Shown here piece after piece: positions 20,528-29,882 of a stretch of 64,000 nucleotides of DNA. A program made the translations under genes and the position numbers. The DNA comes from an uncultured Actinomycetota bacterium. GTDB lineage: Bacteria; Actinomycetota; Humimicrobiia; Humimicrobiales; Humimicrobiaceae. Where the stretch lies: assembly GCA_964610315.1 (NCBI GenBank), contig CAZSVM010000014.1, positions 5,106 through 69,105 on the forward strand. The letters run 5' to 3'. Within the stretch, counting starts at the first letter, position 1. Each line of letters begins with the position of its first letter. The notes under the pieces are model-generated. The model saw nothing but the letters and a program-made list of their open reading frames with translations. It was not told the origin of the DNA and did not search any database.

Positions 20528-21289
20528 TCACAACCTGCCGAATCTTCTATTTCTTTGCTGATAATAATAAATAGCTCTAAGGAAGTTCTTCCGTTTAAAA
20601 TCGGGCCACAGAGTTTTCACAAAATAAAATTCACTATATGCGATTTGCCACAAAAGAAAATTACTTACTCTATATTCACCGCTGGTTCTGATTAGAAAAT
20701 CCGGATTGGGGCAGCCTCCAGTATATAAAAAATCTGAAAATTTCTTCTCACTTAATTTCTCGATATCTATATTATTTTCGACCGCTTCCTTATGTATTTT
20801 TTTTGCGGCCTCTATAATTTCCTGTCTGGAGCCATAATTGAAGGCAATATTAAATAAAAGCTTATGGTTGCTTTCGGTCTTTTTTTCGGCATTCTCAAAA
20901 GCTTCCAATATATCGAATGGTATTTCTTCCCTGCTGCCGATTAATTTTACTCTTACTCCGTTTCTATCCAGTGAATCCAGCTCTTCTTTCAGTGATTCCA
21001 GGAACAAATTAAGCAGAAAATTAACTTCCTCTTCCGGCCTTTTCCAGTTCTCACTGGAAAATGAATATACGGTTAAAAATTTTATTCCTAATTCTATACA
21101 TACAGCTATTATATCTTTAAGAGCTTCAACACCCGCTTTATGACCGGCGGAACGTGGTAATTTCCTTTTTAGGGCCCATCTACCGTTTCCATCCATGATA
21201 ATGGCTACATGCTGCGGAATGTTATTCCTTTTTAATTCTCTAACGGTCGGATTTTTTAAAGAAGAAAAAAAAGAAGAAATCAAACTCAA
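20528..21289 (-). CDS. uppS: Undecaprenyl diphosphate synthase
   Basis: IIMDGNGRWA and RTSGEYRVSNFLLWQ signatures. Confidence 0.9.
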   Translation of the reverse strand: MSLISSFFSSLKNPTVRELKRNNIPQHVAIIMDGNGRWALKRKLPRSAGHKAGVEALKDIIAVCIELGIKFLTVYSFSSENWKRPEEEVNFLLNLFLESLKEELDSLDRNGVRVKLIGSREEIPFDILEAFENAEKKTESNHKLLFNIAFNYGSRQEIIEAAKKIHKEAVENNIDIEKLSEKKFSDFLYTGGCPNPDFLIRTSGEYRVSNFLLWQIAYSEFYFVKTLWPDFKRKNFLRAIYYYQQRNRRFGRL

Positions 21290-21301
21290 ATTACTTTCTA
21301 C

Positions 21302-21859
21302 CTACACTTCCATAATTTCTTTTTCTTTCTGGGCCAGGGAAACGCTAATCTTTTCTATAAATTCATCAGTAATTTCCTGAACTTCCTTTTGAGAATTTAT
21401 CAAATCGTCTTTGGTTATTTTGCTTTCGCTTTCTAATTTTTTAAATTCGTCATTTATTTCTCTTCGGATATTCCTTATGGCTACCCTTCCGTCTTCCGCA
21501 ATTTTTTTAACTAATTTTACCAGTTCTATTCTTCTCTCCTCATTCAACGGAGGTATATTAAGTCTTATAACTTTTCCGTCATTGGACGGATTGATACCCA
21601 GATCAGATTTAGATATTTGAGTTTCAACCTCCCTTAAGAATTTGGGCTCGTAGGGAGAAATCAAAATAACCCTGGGTTCGGGTATGCTTATATTGGAGAC
21701 AAATTTAAGCAAAGTTTTACTGCCGTAATAATCTATATAAATATTATCCAGTAATGATGCCGATGCCCTTCCGGTTCTGATAGTATTAAATTCATGCTGA
21801 GTTCTTTCCAGAGACTGATTCATTTTTTTTCTGGCATCAACAAGAAGCATGTCTTTCAT
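21302..21859 (-). CDS. frr: Ribosome recycling factor
   Basis: 185 aa; pyrH-frr-uppS order and a typical RRF sequence (IRTGRASASLLD). Confidence 0.95.
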   Translation of the reverse strand: MKDMLLVDARKKMNQSLERTQHEFNTIRTGRASASLLDNIYIDYYGSKTLLKFVSNISIPEPRVILISPYEPKFLREVETQISKSDLGINPSNDGKVIRLNIPPLNEERRIELVKLVKKIAEDGRVAIRNIRREINDEFKKLESESKITKDDLINSQKEVQEITDEFIEKISVSLAQKEKEIMEV

Positions 21860-21862
21860 TTC

Positions 21863-22582
21863 TTACTCCTTTGTAACTATGGTGCCAATTTTTTTACCCA
21901 TTATAACTCCCTTTATATTACCAGGCTTGGTAATATCGAAAACTATAACCGGTAAATTATTTTCCATACATAAAGAAGTAGCCGTGGAATCCAGCACTCT
22001 AAGATTCTTTTTCAGTACATCAAGAAAATTCAATTTTTCGAATTTCCTGGCATCTTTAAACTTTAAAGGATCTTTGTCATATATGCCATCTACCTTTGTA
22101 GCTTTAAATATAATTTCAGCTTCTATCTCCAGCGCCCTTAAGGCGGCAGCCGTGTCAGTAGTAAAATAGGGATTACCGGTTCCTCCAGCAAATATTACTA
22201 CTCTTTTCTTCTCCAGGTGCCTAACTGCTCTTCTCCTAATGAAGGGTTCGGCAATTTCCTGCATGGATATTGCAGTCTGAACCCTGGTAATTATGCCTAT
22301 TCTTTCCAATGAATTCTGAAGGCCCAGGGCGTTCATAATAGTAGCCAGCATTCCGATGTAATCAGCAGTGGTTCTGTCCATTCCGTTTACACTGGCAGAT
22401 ACACCTCGCCAAAAATTTCCTCCGCCTATTACCACCGCCACTTCAACTCCCAGCTCCACTACTTCCTTAATCTGACTGGATATATTGTTTGTAACCCTGG
22501 GGTCTATCCCATAATCCAGATCACCCAGTAATGCTTCCCCGCTAATTTTAAGTAAAACTCTTTTATATCTTGGCTTTTCCAT
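21863..22582 (-). CDS. pyrH: UMP kinase
   Basis: LLKISGEAL and GGGNFWRG motifs. Confidence 0.95.
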   Translation of the reverse strand: MEKPRYKRVLLKISGEALLGDLDYGIDPRVTNNISSQIKEVVELGVEVAVVIGGGNFWRGVSASVNGMDRTTADYIGMLATIMNALGLQNSLERIGIITRVQTAISMQEIAEPFIRRRAVRHLEKKRVVIFAGGTGNPYFTTDTAAALRALEIEAEIIFKATKVDGIYDKDPLKFKDARKFEKLNFLDVLKKNLRVLDSTATSLCMENNLPVIVFDITKPGNIKGVIMGKKIGTIVTKE

Positions 22583-22628
22583 AAAATTTATTTATTATCT
22601 TTATTCAAAGCAAAAATATTTATAAACT

Positions 22629-23243
22629 TTACTTTTCTTCACCCAGTACATATCTTTCGAATCTTTTAATAACTATGTTTTCACCTAATTTCGCTATATT
22701 ATGCTTTACCAGATCGCCTACTTTGGTATCATTATCTTTTACAAACGGCTGTTCCAGCAGGCAATTTTCTTCATAAAACTTTGTAATTTTTCCTTCGGCA
22801 ATCCGGTCCAGAATTTTTTCCGGTTTTCCTTCATTTAAAGCCTGTTTCCTGTAAAGTTCCTTTTCTTTTTCCACTACTTCTTCGGGAACATCTTCTCTGG
22901 AAACATACAAAGGTGCCGCAGCAGCAATATGAAGAGCAATATCATGCACCAAATTCTTAAACATTTCATTTCTGGCCACAAAATCAGTCTCACAGTTGAC
23001 TTCTACCAGTACTCCTATTCTGGAACCGGGGTGTATGTAACTTTCGATTAAACCTTCCTTGGCAGTTCTGAAAGCTTTCTTGGAAGCCTCCGCCAATCCC
23101 TTTTCCTTTAATATTTCTTCTGCTCTCTTTATATCTCCATTGCTCTCAATAAGGGCTTTTTTACAGTCCATCATTCCGGCATTGCTCTTTTCCCGTAATT
23201 CTTTGACCAGTTCAGCTTTAATTTCCATTATTTGTTCCGACAC
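22629..23243 (-). CDS. tsf: Elongation factor Ts (short form)
   Basis: UBA-like N-terminus [16 protein letters not shown]; rpsB-tsf pair. Confidence 0.9.
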   Translation of the reverse strand: MSEQIMEIKAELVKELREKSNAGMMDCKKALIESNGDIKRAEEILKEKGLAEASKKAFRTAKEGLIESYIHPGSRIGVLVEVNCETDFVARNEMFKNLVHDIALHIAAAAPLYVSREDVPEEVVEKEKELYRKQALNEGKPEKILDRIAEGKITKFYEENCLLEQPFVKDNDTKVGDLVKHNIAKLGENIVIKRFERYVLGEEK

Positions 23244-23258
23244 CTCCTTAATTGGTAC

Positions 23259-24047
23259 CTAGACCCATACATCATCTCCCGGTAAATCTTCTAAATCATC
23301 TTCGGTTTTTAGCTCTTCCAATTCCTTTGCTTCTTTCCCCTCCGGGCCTTCCTCAATTTTGACTTTCTGTTCCATTCCTTTTTTTACTGCATCGCATATT
23401 ATATTGGTTATTAAATTACAGGAACGGATGGCATCATCATTACCGGGAATAATAAAATCAATAAGATCGGGATCACAATTGGTATCGGTTATAGCTATTA
23501 TAGTTATCCCCAGCTTCCTTGCTTCTTTTACAGCAATTATTTCTTTATTGGGATCGATAATATAAAGAGCATTAGGAAGCTTTTTCATATTTCTGATGCC
23601 CCCGATATTAAAAAGAAGTTTTTCGTACTCTTTTCTTATTCCCAGCACTTCTTTCTTGGGTAACTTCTCAAAAATACCCGATTTCTCCATATCTTCTATC
23701 TCATTAATTCTTTTTGTTCTCTTACTTATGGTCTCGAAATTAGTAAGAGTTCCTCCCAGCCACCTGTTTTTAACATAGGGCATTTCACATTCGGTGGCAT
23801 AGGATTCTATAATATCCTGTATTTGCTTTTTTGTACCCACAAATAATAATGTTCCACCCTCACTAACCATCTTTTTAACATATTCATAAGCCTCTATTAA
23901 CAGCCTCTGGGTTTCCTGCAAATCAATTATATATATACCATTTTTATCCGTATATATATATTTTTTCATTTTTGGATTCCACTTTTTGGTCTGATGACCA
24001 AAATGAACTCCTACTTCCAGGAGTTGCTTAATGGTTACGACGCTCAA
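23259..24047 (-). CDS. rpsB: 30S ribosomal protein S2
   Basis: [15 protein letters not shown] signature. Confidence 0.95.
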   Translation of the reverse strand: MSVVTIKQLLEVGVHFGHQTKKWNPKMKKYIYTDKNGIYIIDLQETQRLLIEAYEYVKKMVSEGGTLLFVGTKKQIQDIIESYATECEMPYVKNRWLGGTLTNFETISKRTKRINEIEDMEKSGIFEKLPKKEVLGIRKEYEKLLFNIGGIRNMKKLPNALYIIDPNKEIIAVKEARKLGITIIAITDTNCDPDLIDFIIPGNDDAIRSCNLITNIICDAVKKGMEQKVKIEEGPEGKEAKELEELKTEDDLEDLPGDDVWV

Positions 24048-24217
24048 AATTATACCTCCTCGTTTTTATGGTTTTTCCTCCACCACTTTAACTGTCGTAT
24101 TCTCCACCATTTTACTGTAAGTGGTGTGTGTGATTTCAACGTTCAAGTCTAGCATAATACCTATATTTCATCAAATAATCAATAATAAATTATTATATTG
24201 AGCTGAAGATAAAAACT

Positions 24218-25144
24218 CTATTTTTTATCACTTTTATCTTCCGCTCTAGGGTGAAATTTTTTATAATCTTTTTTCAGTTTCTTAATATTCAGATGCGAAT
24301 ATATTTGGGTTGTAGATATATTCTCATGACCCAAGAGTTCCTGGATCTCTCTTATACCGGCACCCTCCTGAAGCAAATGGGTAGCAAAACTATGTCTTAT
24401 GCTGTGCGGGGTTATATTCTTGTCAATGGCCGCTTTTTTTACATATTTTTTAACTATGGTTCTTATACTTCGTGAAGACAGCCCCCTGCCGAATCTATTT
24501 AGAAAAAAGCGTTTTTCACTTATGTATCTGCTCTTATTTAAATGAACCAGTCTGTTTCTTACCTCAAGGTATCTTTTTATCCAGTATACTGCAGCATTAT
24601 TTAGATAAACAAACCTTTGCTTTCTGCCCTTACCGGTTACCACTACCTCACTATTTTCAAGGTCGATATCTTTGATTTTCAAATTCTCCGCTTCACTTAT
24701 TCTGGATCCGGTAGAATAAAGGAACTCAATTATGGCTCTATCCCTGATTTCCAAATCGCTTACCGGTTTGGAATTATCAAACAGCTTTCTTACTTCATTT
24801 AGGGACATAAACGAATAAAACCGCTGTCGCACCCGGGGGACATTTATAAATTGGGTCAGCTGAAAATCAACATAATCATTTCTTTCCATAAATTTAAAGA
24901 AGTTAATAAGAGAAGAGTATTTTCTGATAATAGTCCTGTTTGAATAATTATAATTATCCAGGGATTTTAAAAAATCCCTGAATATATCCAGATTTAATTG
25001 GTTTGTCCGGGTAAAATTTTTGCTTTTTAAAAAATCTAAAAACTGTAAGTTATCTTTTCTATATGAATTTATGGAATTAAGAGATAAATTTTTTTCATAT
25101 TTTAGATATTTTATATATAATTCCAGACAATTAGATAGATCCAT
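24218..25144 (-). CDS. XerC/XerD-family tyrosine recombinase
   Basis: C-terminal catalytic region RHSFATHLL...LGHENISTTQIYSH (R-H-R-Y set) and an N-terminal SAM-like core-binding domain. Confidence 0.85.
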   Translation of the reverse strand: MDLSNCLELYIKYLKYEKNLSLNSINSYRKDNLQFLDFLKSKNFTRTNQLNLDIFRDFLKSLDNYNYSNRTIIRKYSSLINFFKFMERNDYVDFQLTQFINVPRVRQRFYSFMSLNEVRKLFDNSKPVSDLEIRDRAIIEFLYSTGSRISEAENLKIKDIDLENSEVVVTGKGRKQRFVYLNNAAVYWIKRYLEVRNRLVHLNKSRYISEKRFFLNRFGRGLSSRSIRTIVKKYVKKAAIDKNITPHSIRHSFATHLLQEGAGIREIQELLGHENISTTQIYSHLNIKKLKKDYKKFHPRAEDKSDKK

Positions 25145-25146
25145 AT

Positions 25147-25569
25147 TTATATATAATCACTCTCGATATCCTTCATCTTACTTTTTATAACCTCCCGTAT
25201 TTCCATTATTTCCGTCATTTGAGAAATATCGCAGGCCTTTTCCAATTCGAACGGATCAAAATCATGAGTCTTTGCTTTTTTAAGAATACTCTTGAGTTTA
25301 TTTATCATATCAATAACTATATATCTTATTTTATCGGACCTGTAATCAACTTTTAGCTTCTCTTTGGATAGATCTGCCAGTATACCATCAAATTTATCAG
25401 CAACATTATCTACAATAATACCGGCTCCTCTTGTATTAAGCTTCTTCTTTGCATCTATTCCATCCAGAATCTTCTTTAAATCCTTTTTAAGGATATTATC
25501 GTATTGATATAAAGCCAATCCCAGAGGACTCTTGGGCGTCTCTGCTTTCTTTTTGCCAAATAATGCCAT
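25147..25569 (-). CDS. Hypothetical protein (140 aa, helical)
   Basis: Tightly packed between xer and dprA on the same strand. No motif recognised. Confidence 0.45.
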   Translation of the reverse strand: MALFGKKKAETPKSPLGLALYQYDNILKKDLKKILDGIDAKKKLNTRGAGIIVDNVADKFDGILADLSKEKLKVDYRSDKIRYIVIDMINKLKSILKKAKTHDFDPFELEKACDISQMTEIMEIREVIKSKMKDIESDYI

Positions 25570-25625
25570 ATCTTATACTCCAATAATCATCAATTATAAA
25601 ATATATTATTATTCTAATATAAAAT

Positions 25626-26768
25626 TCAAAATAATCTACTATATTTATTGAAACTATCTTCCTTTATTAGCTGATTTATTTCAAGAGATGTCAGTATTCT
25701 CAAAACATCTTTGACTTCTATTCCCGAATATTTTACTATATCTTCCACACTTTTTGATTTATAACCGATAAATTCATATACCCTGAGTTCATCACCAAAG
25801 AGCTTAATATGACACCTTTTATTTTCTTTTTGGTGATTGCTGCTGTCAAATGTTTTGATCTGTTTAAAAAACTTCTGCCTGTACTGTGAAAATTCCTCCA
25901 GTATATCATCGATATTTTCCACCAGTTTCGCTCCTTCTTTAATTAATCGGTGACATCCTTTATGGGAGGGGCTAAAAATACTCCCCGGAACCGCCAGTAC
26001 TTCCCTGTTCTGCCTTAACGCTGTTTCACAGGTTATTATGGCTCCGCTTTTTTCTCCTGCTTCCACAACCACCACACCGCTGCAGAGTCCACTTATTATT
26101 CTATTCCTGACCGGAAAATTGTATTTAAGCGGAGGGGTACCAGGAAGAAATTCGGTTATTATACTGCCGTTAGCCGGGATATACTCATATAAAAACTTAT
26201 TCTCCGGCGGATAAACAATATCAATTCCACAGCCAAGCACCCCGATACTTCCCCCTTTCCCTTCCAGTGCTGCTTTATGTGCACAACTATCGATCCCCGC
26301 CGCCAGTCCGCTAACGATAGTTATCCCCATTCCGGATAAGTTCTTACTTATATATGCAGCCGCTTCCTTGCCGTAAGCGGTACATTTTCTGCTTCCTACC
26401 ACCGCTACACCGAACTCCATATTTTTTATCTTGTCCCCCTTAAAAAACAGTAAAACAGGGGGCAGGTATATTTGTTTCAAAAGCGGGGGATAATTATTAC
26501 CGCTGATCTCCAGCAGTCCTATTTTATTTTTTAAAATAAAATCGATAATTTTTTGATAAGAACTGCCACCGTCACCATTAAAATTATGGTTCTTCCCCCC
26601 GATTTTATATTCCAGTTCCAAATTTTTATACCTTAAAAAATATTTTAGAGTTTTATTTATATGACCATTATTTTTTCTATATATATCCATAAATCTTGAC
26701 GGTTTGATCTTCTTCTCAACCAGCATATATAATATTTTTTTACCGGTGATACTAATTTTCATAAACAA
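25626..26768 (-). CDS. dprA: DNA processing protein DprA
   Basis: Rossmann-like core GLAAGIDSCAHKAAL..VVVEAGEKSGA and a C-terminal wHTH. Confidence 0.85.
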   Translation of the reverse strand: MFMKISITGKKILYMLVEKKIKPSRFMDIYRKNNGHINKTLKYFLRYKNLELEYKIGGKNHNFNGDGGSSYQKIIDFILKNKIGLLEISGNNYPPLLKQIYLPPVLLFFKGDKIKNMEFGVAVVGSRKCTAYGKEAAAYISKNLSGMGITIVSGLAAGIDSCAHKAALEGKGGSIGVLGCGIDIVYPPENKFLYEYIPANGSIITEFLPGTPPLKYNFPVRNRIISGLCSGVVVVEAGEKSGAIITCETALRQNREVLAVPGSIFSPSHKGCHRLIKEGAKLVENIDDILEEFSQYRQKFFKQIKTFDSSNHQKENKRCHIKLFGDELRVYEFIGYKSKSVEDIVKYSGIEVKDVLRILTSLEINQLIKEDSFNKYSRLF

Positions 26769-27265
26769 TAAATACTGTCATCAAAATTATAATTAAAGCT
26801 GACCCTGTAATTAACCGCTTCCATAATGTGATTTTCCTTTATGGAATCACTACCTTCCAGATCAGCTATAGTCCTGGACACCTTTAATATACTTACCGAA
26901 CCCCTGGCTGTTAAATTATACTTTTTGGAAATGGTATATATCAAATCCCTTATATGTTTATCATCCTTCAGCCACTTATTGATAATATTTATTCCAATTT
27001 CGGAATTATAATTGACATTCTGCTCTCCAAATCGATAATTCTGAACATCCATACATCTAATAATACGGTCTTTGATTCGATCCGAACTTTCACTATACCC
27101 GGTATCTATAAAACTACTTTCCGGAAGCCTGTCTACGGCAACCCTCATATCAATTCTATCCATAATGGGGCCGGACATTTTTTTCCAGAATTTTTTAACC
27201 TCCCTCAAACTGCAGACGCATTTCCTACTATCATTCCCAAAATATCCGCAATAACATTCCTGCAC
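26759..27265 (-). pseudogene. comM: 3' fragment of comM/yifB (Mg-chelatase-like competence ATPase); the 5' two-thirds is missing
   Basis: The translation starts inside the conserved (NPCP)CGY zinc-finger region (QECYCGYFGNDSRKCVCS..SGPIMDRIDMRV..) and runs to the normal C-terminus. There is an in-frame stop 15 nt upstream and no AAA+ domain nearby. Confidence 0.8.
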
Positions 27266-27336
27266 TACCTTACTGCAGGGTTACTTTACGAGCTAAAAAA
27301 CCAATTTCAGTTTCTTACCCTAAAACTCTTAAAACT

Positions 27337-27747
27337 TTGGGTGATCATCTAAGAAAAAGGAGGCTTGACCTAAAGCTTCTTCAGAAAGAGGTTGCCCAGA
27401 CAATTGGAGTTAATGTAACTTCTATTTTTAACTGGGAAAATAACAGAGCATCTCCTTCTATTTACTCTATCCCAAAAATAATTAAGTTTCTTGGTTATAG
27501 TCCTTACGATACTAAAGCAAAAACTATCGGAGAAAAAATAAAAACTTACAGGTTTATTTTTGGTTTTAGCCAAAAACAGCTAGCTATTCTTCTGGACATT
27601 GATGTAAGCACCATTGGCCATTGGGAAAGAGGAAGAAATAAACCTCTAAAAAGACATTTAAAGAAACTTGCTACATTTTATAATACTATTAAACACCATT
27701 ACATCCAAGATCATAAATTGGGTAAAAAATTCCATAATCTTATGTAA
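27337..27747 (+). CDS. XRE-family regulator with two tandem HTH domains
   Basis: LLQKEVAQTIGVNVTSIFNWENNR and FSQKQLAILLDIDVSTIGHWERGR repeats. TTG start. Confidence 0.7.
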   Translation: MGDHLRKRRLDLKLLQKEVAQTIGVNVTSIFNWENNRASPSIYSIPKIIKFLGYSPYDTKAKTIGEKIKTYRFIFGFSQKQLAILLDIDVSTIGHWERGRNKPLKRHLKKLATFYNTIKHHYIQDHKLGKKFHNLM

Positions 27748-27949
27748 AAATCTTCCGTAAATGACTCCAAAAACAAATTATTACAATCTAATAACTAAGT
27801 TCAAAATAAATTTTATTTGTAATCTATATTAAATTTATAATTACCATATGCTAATTCAACTCTTATAAAATATTTATCATCATCACCTTTAAAGGGGGTA
27901 GAACCACTTGTTGTACACCCGTATATTTCTTATAACTTCCCTGCCTACA

Positions 27950-29602
27950 CTATTGCATCCAGACCCGTATCTGCCCTCCCTCGATGGCAAAATGTACGTC
28001 CTCCGCCGGATCAATTACCTGACATTCTATGCCATGCCCAACAGTCCCTTTCGGAGCAGTACTAGCAGCTTGCACGTTCAGACTATAGACCCCATCGCCC
28101 ATCTCCTCTAACGATAGGCCCACATCGTTAGGACTGAGATCCTGGCGGCTAAATGGGATGAGGTGAGATGTCTCTGACCCAGACCAGCTATACAACTTTT
28201 CTCCCGTTTCACGATTGATAGGAATATGATACCAGCCGATAGGCGGTGATCCGCTGGGGTCAAATGCACCTGGGATGACAGGGGGTGGATTCCAGGTTAT
28301 TAGGATGCCAGTTGCTACAACCTCGGCCTGAACGTTGGACGGCGGGTCCACCTCGTAGCCACCGACATAAACGTCACTGGCTACTTCGCCCGGTATAGGC
28401 GTACCTTCAGAATCGAGTGCAATAAACGTGTAGGTTCCCCCAGCCAAGGGCATTCCCTGGATTTGCCCTAAAAAGCTTGGACTCCACTCATAGGCTACTT
28501 CACCGATTGGTAGAACAATAGTTTCTCCATCTGGGAGCCTTATCAAGACCTGTGTCGCATCATTGCCCTGGATACCTCCCATAAGAGCGATTCCAGGGTT
28601 ACGAGAAACCGGGTCGCCGGCTGGACCAATTAAAAAGCTATTAACGTCACACCACAAACTAACCCCTTCGCATGGCCATCTTAATTCTATGGAATTTGTA
28701 TCAGACCCTTCTGAATTTGTAGCATTAGCAGTAAGTATATAAGTCTCATTCGGGTCATAAAGATTAACCTGGGCTATTTTATAACCCCAGGCACTATTGC
28801 TATCATCCTTGCTAAATTCAACTGTAGGCTCTGGATTACCGGTTACTGTTGCTTTTATCCTGTAGTAGCATACGCCATCTGCTACTGAATAAGTAGGACC
28901 TTCATATATTTCTAATCTAATAGTTGGGGTTGTTAGTACTCCCTCAGCTAATTCTATAGTAGCTGTGGTTATTACTTTCTCAGATAAACCATTACTATCA
29001 TCTTTTACAGTTAATGTTACTTCATATTCACCTGCTTCTACATACATATGAATTGGCTTGATTCCACTACCTTGATAACCATCACCAAAATCCCAGATGT
29101 ATTGAGTTATACTGCCATCCGGATCAGATGAAGCCGAACCATCAAAGGTAATTTCCTCGTCAACTGCAGCGGTATATGGCCCGCCCGGATTGGCTATTGG
29201 ATCTTCATTTATATTATTTATAGTAACGGTTAGAGTATCTGTCGATGATACATCTTCAAAGGCAGTAACCTTTAAAGTTACCTCATATGTTCCGGCTTTA
29301 TCATAGGCGTGGGTTATTACTGCATCTTCTGCAGTTTCATCATAGGTACCGTCTCCATCCCAATCCCATGAATAGGTAACTACTGTTTCTTCAGTAACTG
29401 GTGAAACCGTACTTTGAGAAGCATCAAAGGTTAATGGGTCACCTACATTGCTACTTTGATCTTCTCCAGCTTTGGCAATAACTATATATTCGGGTGGTGA
29501 TACAGGTTTGCATCCACTAGCGCTAAATCCTGCCAATAGTGATATACTTATTATTAAAATAAGAACCCATAACAATGGTTTTAATGATTTTTTCATTTTC
29601 AT
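27950..29602 (-). CDS. PKD-repeat lipoprotein
   Basis: Signal peptide with lipobox LLAGFSASGC and two PKD signatures (YSWDWDGDGTYD, YIWDFGDGYQG). Visibly G+C-richer than its flanks. Confidence 0.8.
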   Translation of the reverse strand: MKMKKSLKPLLWVLILIISISLLAGFSASGCKPVSPPEYIVIAKAGEDQSSNVGDPLTFDASQSTVSPVTEETVVTYSWDWDGDGTYDETAEDAVITHAYDKAGTYEVTLKVTAFEDVSSTDTLTVTINNINEDPIANPGGPYTAAVDEEITFDGSASSDPDGSITQYIWDFGDGYQGSGIKPIHMYVEAGEYEVTLTVKDDSNGLSEKVITTATIELAEGVLTTPTIRLEIYEGPTYSVADGVCYYRIKATVTGNPEPTVEFSKDDSNSAWGYKIAQVNLYDPNETYILTANATNSEGSDTNSIELRWPCEGVSLWCDVNSFLIGPAGDPVSRNPGIALMGGIQGNDATQVLIRLPDGETIVLPIGEVAYEWSPSFLGQIQGMPLAGGTYTFIALDSEGTPIPGEVASDVYVGGYEVDPPSNVQAEVVATGILITWNPPPVIPGAFDPSGSPPIGWYHIPINRETGEKLYSWSGSETSHLIPFSRQDLSPNDVGLSLEEMGDGVYSLNVQAASTAPKGTVGHGIECQVIDPAEDVHFAIEGGQIRVWMQ

Positions 29603-29740
29603 CTTTCATAAATAACGTTTTATTTTATTGTAACTATTATATTATACTAATCTAATATTTTCTATTTAACGTATTAATTTTGTCTTTAATTTTTTCATCT
29701 ATCCTGTTCGGAAATTTTTGGTATTAAAAAGTAATTTATA

Positions 29741-29882
29741 AAAAACTTACTGGTTTATCCTTGGGCTCAGTCAAAAAAAATTAGCTATTCTTCTGGATGT
29801 TGATGTGGGTACAGTTGACCATTGGGAAAGAGGAAAAAAACAAACCCCTAAAAAGATATTTAAAAAAACTTGCTACCTTTTC
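29741..29882 (+). pseudogene. Degenerate duplicate of the 3' half of the XRE gene (second HTH)
   Basis: About 140 nt aligns by eye at roughly 80% identity with 27539-27678 (..agctattcttctggaYRttgatgt..ccattgggaaagagga..cttgctac..), in direct orientation and with the frame broken. Confidence 0.6.

Noticed and set aside
24048-24217. Possible structured leader upstream of rpsB (ccaccac/gtggtgg segments)
   Set aside because: Some complementary stretches exist, but I could not derive a convincing conserved fold by eye, and no known motif was recognised.
27318-27336. 18-nt similarity between the comM/island junction and the spacer preceding repeats R3/R5
   Set aside because: It is too short and AT-rich to separate from chance without a genome-wide count. 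It is mentioned in the comM finding only as a lead, not as evidence.
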